64,000 nt of DNA, taken from the NCBI GenBank assembly GCA_964016885.1, contig OZ024743.1, positions 194,742,001-194,806,000 on the forward strand, written 5' to 3'. Both the position numbers and the translations under genes were made by a program. The notes below the pieces were generated by a model, which saw only the letters and a program-made list of their open reading frames with translations, made no database searches and was not told the DNA's origin. This document shows, piece after piece, positions 32,020 to 44,518 of this stretch. Position 1 is the stretch's first letter, and every line of letters begins with the position of its first letter. This DNA comes from Eledone cirrhosa. Lineage: Eukaryota.

Positions 32020-32450
32020 TGACAATATCAGTAGAGTGTCGGATAACATGGTTTGTGACATATAGAATACGGCAGTTTATGTTCTGCGTTCAAATCTCAA
32101 CGAGGTTAGCTCTGCCTTTTAACCTTACGGTCGATAAACAAAGCATCAGTAATGAACTGCGATCAATTTAATGGACTTTCCCCTCCCCAAAATTGTTGGC
32201 CTTGTGCCTAAATCAGAAGCAATCATTATTTCAAGAGCAGTTGGTTGGCAACATCGGTAGAGCGTCGGACAACACGATTTGTGACATGTAGTCACGGCTC
32301 TTTACGTTCTGAGTTCAAATCCCATCGACGTTAGCTTTGCCTTTCATCATTATGGAGACGATAAATAAAGCCCCAGTTATTTATTGGGGGTCGATTTAAT
32401 CGACTTTCTTCTCCTCCCATATCGTTGGCCTTGTGCCTAAATCAGAAATT
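32020..32450 (+). mobile_element. Two tandem Nin-domain SINEs
   Basis: Two gttcaaat B-boxes, each followed by a gccttt...gataaa domain. Confidence 0.75.
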
Positions 32451-33769
32451 ATATTTTCTGATCTCACTGATCTTACAATATTTAGTATCATATTTGTACT
32501 TTCCCAGTTCAACTTTCGTTCGGTTCAACTTTAATTTTTCTCCTAACGGGATAACTAAGATTAAGATATAGTTTACGCTACAATATTTTCCTGTTACATT
32601 AATCTAAGAATTATAAAAGTCATATTTTCTTGTCTTACAGATGATTAGTTTCGATATCACTCTTTATTACATGCATTTACGTTGAATTTTATCAGATTTG
32701 ATTTTCAAACAAATTACGAACATTTTAAATGTTTCATGAAATATATACACATAGGAAATATTCTTTTCAGGAAATATCTTTAAAAAGCAGTAAAATCTTG
32801 GTAAGCCGAATCCGTGACATGATTGCAGTTTCTTGACTCAAGAATGATGAAAGGGAAATATAAACTCAAAATTGTTTAACATCAGAACCGGAAGAAATAC
32901 AACAAGGCATAATGTCGGATACTATAACTTTTTTGCTAAGGTATCACCTAGAAAAGATAGAGAATAACAATGGCAATATTTCGAGCCGTAGCTATTTTCA
33001 AAAACATTCCTGTTTAAAGAAAATAAGAAAATAGTAATCTAATAACACCTACAATATAGTAAAATATGATAAAATATAGAGTAAATTGATAGCTCTGCTT
33101 CGGTGAAAAATCTCCATTTCTTCAGGTTTATCATCTCTACAACGATATTATAATTCCTAGCATGTTTTGTATAATGGTTAGGTGTCTCCTTAAAAGGTTA
33201 TTTACTACTCATAAACCAATTACTGTTTAACTCATTCCATTTTTTTCGAAGGTATGTTTGGGATGCTTTATCATTTGTTTGTATGTCAGAAACGTGGATA
33301 ATATTTTTTTAATAATTACTTTTCCTTTTAGGAATGGATCATTTTGAAATAGAAAAAGGTTTATATTCTATGTTATTTCCGAATTTGACTGCAACTGTGT
33401 GATGTGTGGGGTTGCTCTGTTGTATTTAAGTTTTTTTTACGGAACGTGCAGTTCATAATATGCAATTGGGTGATATGATTTTTTAACGAAAACTTCTGTA
33501 TTAATTTCCTCGAGAAAGACAACACTACCTAATAACGATTTCTACAATGGCACAAGGGCCAACAATTTGTGGGGTCAGGGAATGTCCATTACACACAACC
33601 TAGTACGTAACAACTAGATCATTGCATCGACCGTGTTATGATTAAAGGAAAGCTTCTTTTTTGTGGGATTTAGTATGCAGAACATAGTTAAATACCGCAA
33701 GGCATTTTTTCCGAAGCTCTATCGATTCTACCAATCCATGCGCCTTATTTTACTGTCGGATGAGGGTTT

Positions 33770-33975
33770 TTGGCACAAGGCCAACTATTTTGAGGGGTGG
33801 AGAAAGTCGATTAAATCGATCCCTGTGCATTACAGGTACTTTATTTCATCAACCCGTAAGGATAAAATGCATAGCTAACCTCGGCGGGATTTGACATCAG
33901 AACATAAAGGGACTTAACTCTATGCCGCGAAGCATGGTGTCCGATGCTCTACCGATACTTCTAATCCACCGAGCT
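33770..33975 (-). mobile_element. Nin-domain SINE
   Basis: Reverse complement of the SINE consensus (cggcgggatttga; ctctaccgatact). Confidence 0.75.
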
Positions 33976-34146
33976 GTTTTACTGTCAAATAATAAAACAA
34001 AATATTCAGCCAGACTTTGTATAGATGGATCCGTAAGTATCACCCATTCTCTATTCTTCTCTGGGTGAAATCGATTGTTCAAACGTGGGGAGAGAGAGAT
34101 TGAGAAAGAGAGAAAGAAAGAGAGAATGTGTGAAAGAGAGAGACAG

Positions 34147-34210
<64 letters not shown>

Positions 34211-34769
34211 GAGAGAGAGATTTGATTCCACCAGGATTAAAATGCCAAACAAGTCGTGCCCCACAATTGAACTCTTACAATTCCATAAATCAGGCAATAT
34301 CAATTTCGTCTGAAAATATCAACGTAAATAATATATACGTAAATACATAGTTTCATCCACCCATCCCTCCTTTCCTCTATCCATACATACATACTTACCA
34401 ACATGCAACCATATATACATACATGCAAACATGCATGCATAATACAATAATACATACATACATACATACATACATACATGCATAGATGCATGCAAACATA
34501 CAATCACACATGCATGAATTTCTCATGCGTTTTCGCAATTTTTTATTTGAAAATCTAAAGGGAGAGGTTAACTTCAAATGTACTTCTGAAATTGTAAGGA
34601 TTTTAATTGATGGGATGGTTCGTGGTGTTACCAATGGATTCCATACGCATACATGCACATATATAATACATAGATACATACAAAATAGAAAATACATATA
34701 TAATACATACATAATGCATACATACATTCATATATAAGCTTTAGCGGCAATCCTTCGTTTACGACCATG

Positions 34770-35035
34770 AGTGTCCCAGCGTATACAGTCAACGGAACAG
34801 CTTACTCGTGAAATTAATGCGCAAGTGGCTGAGCATTACATAGACACGTGTAGCATTAACGTAATTCTCAGAGAGATTCAGTGTGACAGAGAATGTAACA
34901 AGGCTGGCCCCTCGAATTACAGGCACAATTCATTTTTACCAGCTGAGTGAACTGGAGCAAAATAAAGTGTCTTCCTCAAGGACTCGACGCACCGCCGGAA
35001 ATCGAACTCACCACCTTACGATTGTGAGCTCCGGC
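34770..35035 (-). mobile_element. CORE-type tRNA SINE
   Basis: Minus strand gagttcgatttcc...gtccttgaggaagacactttattttgctccagttcactcagctgg. Confidence 0.65.
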
Positions 35036-35075
35036 TGTTTAGATATAAATATATATATATATATATGAAAAAAGT

Positions 35076-35181
35076 GTGTCCTTCATCAGTGATCTTCCAA
35101 CTATCATAGGTATTTCATCGCTTTAAAGACCATATACCTCCGGTTGGTGCGAGCAACGGCTAAAAAAAGTCGTTGGGACAC
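35076..35181 (-). ncRNA. Putative non-circularly permuted hammerhead ribozyme (copy 1)
   Basis: Minus strand: gtgtcc-[caacgact/agccgttg hairpin]-c-tcgc-a-ccaacc-gg-aggta-TA-tggtctt-taaa-gcga-t-GAAA-tacct-atgat-agttgg-aagatca-CTGATGA-a-ggacac. Helices covary with the copy at 59652-59755. Confidence 0.7.
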
Positions 35182-35694
35182 GTAAATAAAGGGGACGCGA
35201 GGGTAAACAAACAAAATGGTGAGGCAACAGAAAGTGAGGAAGGAGGAAACAAGTCCCAGATTTCTATGAATTTAAGTTCGGTGAAATCGTGAACGAGAGA
35301 ATAAAGACCATCAAACCTGGTTGAAATGTGAGCAAGGAAGGAATTTTGCACAGGTCTAACGGGAGGAAGAAGGGGTCAGGTCTGCGAATTCGGTAAACAT
35401 AAGTTCTGTGAAATCGTAGACGCGAGAGAAAAAATTCCGACCAGCTTGGCCGAGAATGTGAGAGAAAAGAGTTACTCACAGGTCAAACGGGAAGAAAGAG
35501 GAGGAGGAGGAGAGGTAGTGACAGAGAATGAGTGAGTGAAGGGTGAGGTGAGGAAGAGGCTAAGAGAGAGAGAGACTGCTAGAAAGGGTAAAGATACGTA
35601 GAACGAAAAAGACGGTGTAGCAGCAGAGGAAAAAATATGTGTAAATATGATAAGGGCGCTGCGGAGTTGCAAATGGGTTACATATGAAAAAAGT

Positions 35695-35800
35695 TTGTCC
35701 TTCATCAGTGATCTTCCAACTATCATAGGTGTTTCATCGCTTTAAAGACCATATACCTCCGGTTGGTGCGAGCAACGGCTAAAAAAAGTCCTTGGGACAC
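35695..35800 (-). ncRNA. Putative non-circularly permuted hammerhead ribozyme (copy 2)
   Basis: Near-identical to 35076-35181; one stem III substitution (GAAAcacct) and one hairpin substitution. Confidence 0.65.
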
Positions 35801-36237
35801 GTAAATAAAGGGGACGCGAGGGTAAACAAACAAAATGGTGAGGCAACAGAAAGTGAGGAAGGAGGAGACAAGTCCCAGATTTCTATGAATTTAAGTTCGG
35901 TGAAATCGTGAAGTACATTATGAAGAGAGAAGAAACATTAGATATAATTAGTAATAAGATATATTATACTTATATATATAGACAGACTGAATAAAAATGG
36001 AGTAGCCATACAATTCAACAGGAGGAAACAATAGCACCGCTGACGGTGTTCCAGATGTGCAACGAAAGATTTATGATAGACTATATATATGTGTTTGTGC
36101 AACATTGAGGACCGAATATATTAGATTACCGATATAAAAGACACAGAAGCGAAAAGCGAAAACCAATGAAACAGTGAGTGTGTTCTGTTATTAATTCCGC
36201 AATATTACACAAATATGACCCTCCCCAAGTATAACAA

Positions 36238-36575
36238 TATGTGTGTATATATATATATGTATATATGTATATGTATGTATGTATATGTGTGTATGTATGT
36301 GTGTGTGTATATATATATGTATGTGTGTGTATATGTGTATGTATGTATGTGTGTGTATATATATATGTATGTATATATATGTGTATATGTGTATATATAT
36401 ATATGTAAGTATGTGTATGTATGTGTATGTGTGAGTATATATATATGTATGTGTGTGTATGTATATATATATATATATGTATATGTATGTATATATGTAT
36501 ATGTATGTATATATGTATATATGTGTGTACATGTGTATATATATATGTGTATGTGTGTGTATGTATGTATATATC
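36238..36575. repeat. Compound (TA)/(TG)/(TATG) microsatellite
   Basis: Direct read; it explains the overlapping low-complexity ORFs. Confidence 0.95.
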
Positions 36576-36755
36576 TATCTATTAAGGCGGGTAAAATTCC
36601 CGAGATCCATGGACGAGTTATCTCCAGCGGTCTCTGTCCCATATTTCTTTTCAATGGCTGACAATACCTTACCGGCGCCACTCGAATAAGGTAGTTATTT
36701 ATATATAAGGTATATATTTATATATAAGGGATGTATATGTATATGTATATATATA

Positions 36756-36822
<67 letters not shown>

Positions 36823-36875
36823 AAATAATGAATTAAACAAAGAAACAGTTCCTTATATTAAACAAAAAAAGTTAA

Positions 36876-37008
36876 TTATTTAACGATCGTTTCTAGGACA
36901 TATATGTGTTAGAATTGGCATGCATATTCAAAAGATCTATGTACAAAATTATACAAACTATCAAGGAGAATATACATACCATCACATATATATGCTGTCT
37001 TCAGAAAG
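36876..37008 (-). ncRNA. Hammerhead-like motif with long stem II insertion
   Basis: ttt-CTGAAGA-cagcatatatatgtg...cacatatatgtccta-GAAA-cgatc-GTT-aaa; palindromic ACGATCGT stem III. Lies between (TA)n runs. Confidence 0.45.
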
Positions 37009-37104
37009 TGATTTTTGAATGCATCTCTTCTTTCCATGATATCCGGATTACATTGAGTTCTTCATACGGATTGGACACTTCCGTAATCTTTTGGTAGATT
37101 TATC

Positions 37105-37183
<79 letters not shown>

Positions 37184-37218
37184 GTATATGTGTATGTGTG
37201 TATATGTATGTATGTATA

Positions 37219-37281
<63 letters not shown>

Positions 37282-37299
37282 GTATATATATGTATATAT

Positions 37300-38653
37300 A
37301 TATGTGTGCATGTATGTACATATATATACATAATACTGTACGTCTGTATACATATATGTATGTACGTATACATACTTATATTTAAGTAGCTGCCGTACTA
37401 ATAGTGGGAAATGAAATTTCGTTTCATTTTTTCCGTTTATCGTTTTCGGTGCACCCGGCCGATTAACCCACTCGATATGCAAATTGGGCTAGTCTGCCGT
37501 TAATATGCATAAGGAAAGTATATACTTTCAGACGTTCAATCATCTGGCAGGAAGGTATACGTTTCTGACGATAGCAATAAGCTTGAAACTAGTACAGCGT
37601 TCCTTTGTCAGTGTTGAACAAACGAGCAACGATGGTTGCTAGACACTACGGCTTAATACGGGATGTTTGTTTACACACACACCGTGCATTATAATAAATG
37701 TTCGGTGAATCCATACGTACATATATATATATGTGTGCATGTATGTATATATATATATACATACTACTGTACACAATTATGGATGTACGTATACATACTT
37801 ATATTCAAGTAACAGCCGTACTAAGAGTGGGAAATTAAATTTCGTTTCATTTTTTCCGTTTATCGTTTTCGGTGCAACCGGCCGATTAACCCACTCGATA
37901 TGCAAATTGGGCTACTCAGCCGTTAATATGCATAAGGAAAGTATATACTTTCAGACGTTCAATCATCTGGCAGGAAGGTATAAGTTGCTGACGATAGCTA
38001 ATAAGCTTGAAACTAGTACAGCGTTCCTTTGTCAGTGTTGAACAAACGAACAACGATGGTTGCTAGACACTACGGCTTAATACAGGATGTTTGTTTACAC
38101 ACACACCGAGCATTATAATAAATGTTCGGTGAATCCATACGTACATATATATATATGTGTGCATGTATGTATACATATATACATACTACTGTACGTCTGT
38201 ATACATATATGTATGTACGTATACATACTTATATTTAAGTAACAGCCGTACGAAGAGTGGGAAATGAAATTTCGTTTCATTTTTTCTGTTTATCGTTTTC
38301 GGTGCACCTGGCCGGTTAACACACTCGATATGCAAATTGGGCTACAGCCGTTAATATGCTTAGGGAAAGTATATACTTTCAGGCGTTCAATCATCTGGCA
38401 GGAAGGTATACGTTGCCGACGATAGTTAATAAGCTTGAAACTAGTACAGCGTTTCTTTGTCAGTGTTGAACTAACGAGCAACGATGGTTGCTAGACACTA
38501 CGGTTTAATACGGGATGTTTGTTCACAAACATACCGAGCATTATAATAAATGTTCTTTGATTCCATACGTAAATATATATATGTGTCCATGTATGTATAT
38601 ATATATACATACTACTGTACGTCTGTATACATATATGTATGTACGTATACATA

Positions 38654-38657
<4 letters not shown>
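37300..38657 (+). mobile_element. Tandem array (~425 bp x 3.2) with one minimal hammerhead per unit; retrozyme-like
   Basis: HHR cores at 37565, 37988 and 38416: (a)cgttg-CTGACGA-tagc.taataa.gctt-GAAA-cta-GTA-cagcgt. Flanked by (TA)n. Confidence 0.8.
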
Positions 38658-38701
<44 letters not shown>

Positions 38702-40399
38702 TTTACTTATTCAGAATACGAATGTCCACTGGGGAACCTTAGCCAACGCATACTTTTTTGAAATAACGTAACTACTTTCTAAGAAAATGAAAAGTATTAA
38801 CCTATATAATTTTTCTATTATGATATTGAGTTGTTCGATCTGCCGAAATCACTAGCCTATATATATATGTATGTGTTTGTGTGTTTGTGTGTTTGTGTGT
38901 ATGTTTTTGTGTCTGTGTGTGTGTGTGTGTATGTTTCCTAACAAGGGAACTTCAACGGTAGATGGTATACATCAATAAACAGCTTCAAGGAATTGAATTT
39001 TGTAAAACATGGCAGCCTTGAACGTATAAATGAAACGAAGAGCAATTATGGAGAAATAGGCAAAGCCATTTTATGTAAAATTATTGAAAATTTATAAAAG
39101 ATTAAATTTTCAATTTCTTTGGGGTTAATTCCGCTATTTTCTGACATATATTCAATAAACATTCACGTACATAGGAAAAAATTTCTATGTTACCTTCGAG
39201 AACGAAAAAAACAAATTTATTGAACAGATAAGAAGAAAAAAAAATGAAACGATTATTTGCGAAATTGATGTAGGAAACGTCGTCTTCCAGTATTATTCCC
39301 TTATATTGCATTTTATAAAGACATTTAACGAGTTTGTCGAAATTGCTCAACTATTAATAACGCCATCGGGAAAGCCATTCCTTATTTTTTGTAAGGAAAA
39401 GTAGGTATAATAATGAAAACTCAGAAAATAAATCAATCGAACGTCTGCAAACTCAATGGCTTACAAAAAAGAGAGAGCTCGTTTTCACAACATGTAATAT
39501 TATACCTAGCTCTTGGTTATTTAATCGTTTATGTAGAATGATTCTTCAGAATTGAAATTAAAACGGCGATTGTGTAAAATGTGGAGCTACTGAGAATTTA
39601 AAGACATAAAGAATGTTACGTAAGTGTAAATGATTTCTATACAATTTAGTTTACTTCGTTCTAAATATATCTTTTGGAGGAAGCAACAATAATTAATCGT
39701 GTATAAGAATAGAAAGAAATATGCTGTAGATGAGCAATCTATGGAAACCATCGAAATAAAATAAATCTCGGTTAGTGAGTGAGTTCCAGATTATAATTAA
39801 AGGATAGGAACAGTATAATACATCTTAGTATAAATATATAGCATCTCATCTCACAGGATAAAACCAATGCTGATAATTCTATTTAGAATATTTGTGTGTG
39901 AAGGGATGATTGTTAGATTTCAAATAAAACATTTATTTCACATAGATTTACAACTATTCACTAATAACGCTATGAATACATCTAAGAAAACCATATGGGA
40001 TAATTACTAACACACATGGAAGCAGATATTTTACTTAACAACAGAAATATTTTCTTTATTGATTCCAAGATGTACTTCCAAACGGTTGGCATCGCATATA
40101 AGTTTAGCAAGAATATTATGCCACATAGGAATGTAGTACCTTAATGATATTGAAATATGATTCATTACCGTAAACTAAATATTTGAAAGAGTATTTCTGT
40201 AAAATTTCATTGACGATTATAGATTAAAAACGATTATGGATTAAAAACGCAGTAAGAAGTGAATAGGGCATTGACATTTAGTCACCCCTAAATGTATAAT
40301 CTAAAAACAAAAAAAAAAAACATCTTTCACAGAAGTGAAATAATATTGCACCATAAACTGGCATTTGTTTTCCATCAACATCATTTTGTCTCAGGAATT

Positions 40400-40725
40400 T
40401 ATCACATGCAAAGCCGTTCGGCAGGATATCAAGTGGTAGACCATGAGTTTGATGTTTCAATAATTTCTAAAATTTCGGTTAGTTTTACTTGGCGTTGCAA
40501 CCGTATCATGTGCAGCCGGTTACTTCCGACTGGACCCTCTAGAAGTAGTGTCTGAGGAGTCTTCCCCCACGTATCTCACATGAATTAGCAGAAGAAGAAG
40601 GAGGAGGAGGCGAAGGAGGAGGAGGAGGAGGAGGAGGAGAAGAAGAAGAAGAAGAAGAAGAAGAAGAAGAAGAAGAAGAAGAAGAAGAAGAAGAAGAAGA
40701 AGAAGAAGAAGAAGAAGAAGAAGAA
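40400..40725 (+). mobile_element. RTE-type LINE 3' end with (GAG)/(GAA)n tail
   Basis: tctgaggagtcttcccccacg..., then a long GAA repeat; similar to the 3' ends at 6608, 43289 and 51672. Confidence 0.5.
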
Positions 40726-42352
40726 ACCTACTTGTCGCAACGCAAGTCGAAATATATGGAAGAGCATATTGGCCCGTTACTGTGAGGCTGGAGGAGCGAG
40801 ATGACCAGATGGCTCTGTGTTTACTATAAGATGAAACTGCTTGTACTAATCTATTGTTTTGTTTCTACATTGTTTGTATCTATGTTCTCTAGACAACGTC
40901 TAATTTTTTATGTTTGGTATAATATAATTTGATTCAGCACTACTTTTGATATCAATATTTAGATACTTGTAATACTCAAGGGAAGATAGAAAAACTTGAT
41001 AGGTATATTAATTTTCCGTTCAACTACCAAATAGATTTATTGAGCACTTTGCTAAAACACTGCACAACTATATCATTATATCTACCATGTTTGTGAAGTA
41101 ACTATTTACACCTTTGTTATAAATGTGCCTTTCTTAGTTTTATTGCTAAATACACGAAGTTTGTGCACTTTACAATAAAGTTTTACAGTCAGAGCAGAGG
41201 AGTTTGAAATTAACGACATTCCTATAGTATACATCTTACACGGATTCCTCATTTAGACAGGGTAACCTGTAGAGATCAATAATTATTTTTCACAAGCCTT
41301 CCTACAGCCTTCCTACAGCTAGGCCTATAAAAAGTTTTATGCACCTCAAGCCAATTGTGACATCAATGAAGTCCGAGAAGATAATAGAATATATATTTAT
41401 TTCAATATGTGTTTATGTGTCTTCACATGTCATTTTGGTGAAGCGAAATATATATATATTTCCTTATGTTAGAATCCTGTTAGAAAATTGAATACATTTA
41501 ATTTTCATGCAGCAATTTCCTTAAACAATGGACATAGAAATTCTTTGGTAACCACAGTTATTTATGTGTATCATTAAAATATAGGAATGTATGTATGTAA
41601 GCATGATTATATATATATATGTATGTACGTATGTATATACATGCATGCATTTTTGTATGTATTTATATATGTGCGCGTGTATATGTGTATGTATGTGTGT
41701 GGCGTACGTATCTATATCATAATGCTGGGAAACATATAAGAGGTTACGAACATGATATCCAGTCTCAATCTGAAATGGGTTGTGAGATAGTTCTTGAAAG
41801 GATGTAGTTGTATATATCTGTTGTGTGGTTTGGTACAACCTGACTCTCGGGCTTGGTTAATATCATAGCATAATCATTCTTTGCTTACTACGGAAAAATG
41901 AGAGAAAGTGTAAGAGAAAGTGATGGTGTGGGAGCAGGAGAGAGGGAGAGAGAGTTCGACAGAGAGAGAAAGATATACATATATATATTTTAATAACCTC
42001 TGTCATTTTTGTTTAACAACTTTATTTATATTATTCTTAAATTCCGGAGCTGAGAATCATTCGGTTATTCTAAATAGAATTTTAGTCTAATGACTCCATT
42101 TATTCCATAAACGTGTTTTTGTCTTTGCGTGAAATTGTTCTCATCGCTCCACATAACGATGTAATTATGATCACTTTTTCCCGTTCATTGCCAGGGAACG
42201 TCTTCACGAACCAAAGTATCGTCTTCCCATTTTCCTTCGGTTGTAACATTTTTCGAAATATTTACTTCTACGTACACAGATTGAATTTTTTTAGTTTCAG
42301 AAGATCCCGTTAAGGGTGAAAGCAGAGATTCTTTGCTTCAACTTTAATCTGT

Positions 42353-42447
<95 letters not shown>

Positions 42448-42450
<3 letters not shown>

Positions 42451-42653
42451 CGAGTAGGACCCCGACGGCTGAGCTCAAGCCGTTTCGACGGCTAATTCTG
42501 GACAGCTAATTCTGCGTCCAGAATTAGCCGTCGAGACGGCTTGAGCTCGGCCGTCGGGGTCCTACTCGTTCCTATTACCCACTCTACAACTCTAAGTATT
42601 GAGTATTTTGGTGCGTTATGGTCCACTTGGTTCCTTACCACATTTCCTTCGTT
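42448..42653. mobile_element. Inverted remnant of the 27326-28521 hammerhead element, in (TA)n
   Basis: 42448-42502 is the inverted copy of 42516-42570; the tail is near-identical to 28440-28521. Confidence 0.75.
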
Positions 42654-42702
42654 ATATATATATATATATATATATATAAAGGGACAGAGAGAAAGAGAGA
42701 GG

Positions 42703-42784
<82 letters not shown>

Positions 42785-43288
42785 GTCACTGTTCAGAAAC
42801 TCCATTTGCTATCAAAGTCAAAGACTCAAAAAGAGCTTTTTAAGTATGCCCTGTCTGTTTATTGAGCCGACGCGCGCCGAGAATGCGACGTCAGCAAAAA
42901 GTCCTAAACGACGAACAAATATATGTGGTTGCTGTTAATACCAATAAAACTTACATAGCTAATCTAAGTAATGTCGCGGTAGTCCTGGGGAAGCACTGAC
43001 GTTCACATTTTAAAGAGGACCAACAATAATCTGACAGTGAATCTATGTGTCATCGAGGACAGTCAGTAGTGAGAAGTACATTCAGGTCAGAGACTATGGA
43101 TTACTTTGGAAAATCTTTGGCCAGGTAGGTCAAGAATGCGGTTTATCTGTCCGGGTTAAACTCTACTCCCATAACTTTATTTGATATACCAGAAACCATT
43201 CCACGGTGTAATTAAATCATCCGACTGAAGAGAAATCCAACATCTATTGGAAAAGTACAGTGGATAATCCTTCTCTGACTAATGAATA

Positions 43289-43680
43289 TCTTCTTCTTCG
43301 CCCATCTATTCCTGAGAGGGCCGTGGGGGCAGAGTCCTCAAGCACTCATTCCAGTGGGTCCTGTCTGAAGTAACTATCTCCAACTGATCTGGCTGTATAC
43401 CTAAGCGAGACCAGCCAATCTCATGGGTGTTATCCAACCATCTTGCTCAGTGTATACACATGGGTCTCCTGAAGGGTGGTTTTGCCCGTAAAATTTGTCC
43501 GGCGATTTTTTGCCCTGACATTCTTACCGCATACCCATAGTATCGAAGCTGTGATCTCTCAATTCGGAGAAGTAGCTGCTCTACCTGGAGTGACTCGTTG
43601 ATCTCCGAGGTGTGGAGATAATGAATATGGCTTAGGAATATGGCTTGACATGTCTGGAGATAGGTTTCCCTTTCAGTCCA
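43289..43680 (-). mobile_element. RTE-type LINE 3' fragment
   Basis: ORF 43447-43737: INESLQVEQLLLRIERSQLRYYGYAVRM...RRP, typical of the RTE C-terminus. Short GAA tail. Confidence 0.7.
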
Positions 43681-44129
43681 AACTTTCGCCAACAACTTCA
43701 AGGACAACTTGATGAGGGAGTTAAGGATAAAGAGCAAAGTACAGTAAGTACTTCAGTGAGTTTTATAAGAGGTGGAGGATGGAGGTGAAATTGGCTTTGC
43801 TATGCGAGCCTGCAATAACTATAGGGCTGTAGTTTGGTCACAATAACTGGCAGAGGGATTTGCCTTTATTTTACCAGGGTAATGTAGCTTCTGTATGGGA
43901 GGTCCCGAATAAGCCTATGGATTTGCCTTCCCACAACCTTTAGATCCCTTCTTGTTCTAGTAGTCTTATTTCTAAATAATTCTCATTGTGTTATTTCTAT
44001 ATATTTTCAGCTATTTATTAAATGCTTTTATTGACGTGTTCATTTCACATTTCTAATCGATTTTAATTTTCTTTGTGTATTTCGCTTTTGTTCAGTCCTT
44101 GTTGTTAATATAAAAATATCATTAGCTGA

Positions 44130-44518
44130 ATTGTTAGCTTCGGACTAAATGCTTACAGTTTTTCAGTATCGTCCACAACCCCAGATTTCAAATCTCACAA
44201 AGTAAGATTTGTCTTTCAGCTTTCTGGGTCGATAACATAATGTACCAGTTAAGTATCGGAATTAATTTCATCGATTTTCCACTTCCGGCAAAATTGCCTA
44301 AATCAGAAACCATTATTATTGGGGGATTGGCAGTATCAGTAGAAGGTCGGACGCCATGCTATCAAGCATAGTTACGTCCCTTTACGGTCTTCGTTCAAAT
44401 CCCGCCAAGATTAAGTTTCGCCTTTCATCCTTACGGGGTAGATAAATAAAATAAAGTACCAGTAATTCACTGGTTAATTGCTGGCCTTGTTCCAAATGTA
44501 GAAACAATTATTATTATT
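44130..44518 (+). mobile_element. Two tandem Nin-domain SINEs, the second ending in (TTA)n
   Basis: The 44321-44518 copy has A/B boxes and cctttcatccttacgggg; a degenerate copy lies at 44130-44320. Confidence 0.75.

Larger units (their letters stand above)
35064..35911 (-). mobile_element. Tandem direct repeat (period 619 bp) of a pyrimidine-rich non-coding element ending in (TA)n; pseudo-LTR/retrozyme-like
   Basis: 35064-35292 is nearly identical to 35683-35911. There is an internal ~125-bp sub-repeat, and each unit carries the permuted hammerhead motif. Confidence 0.75.

Noticed and set aside
30865-33357. Candidate micro-exons (30865-30889, 32771-32800, 33331-33357) with AG/GT boundaries
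   Set aside because: Such matches are common by chance in AT-rich DNA; there is no homology or transcript support.
35076-35181. Alternative readings of the conserved motif as SECIS, C/D snoRNA, HDV-like or twister ribozyme, or 5S-derived RNA
   Set aside because: Spacing and consensus nucleotides do not fit, whereas all hammerhead core residues and their flanking pairs do.
42850-43130. CpG-richer patch with gacgtca and a caggtagg donor (possible promoter or first exon)
   Set aside because: Too short and unsupported without expression data.
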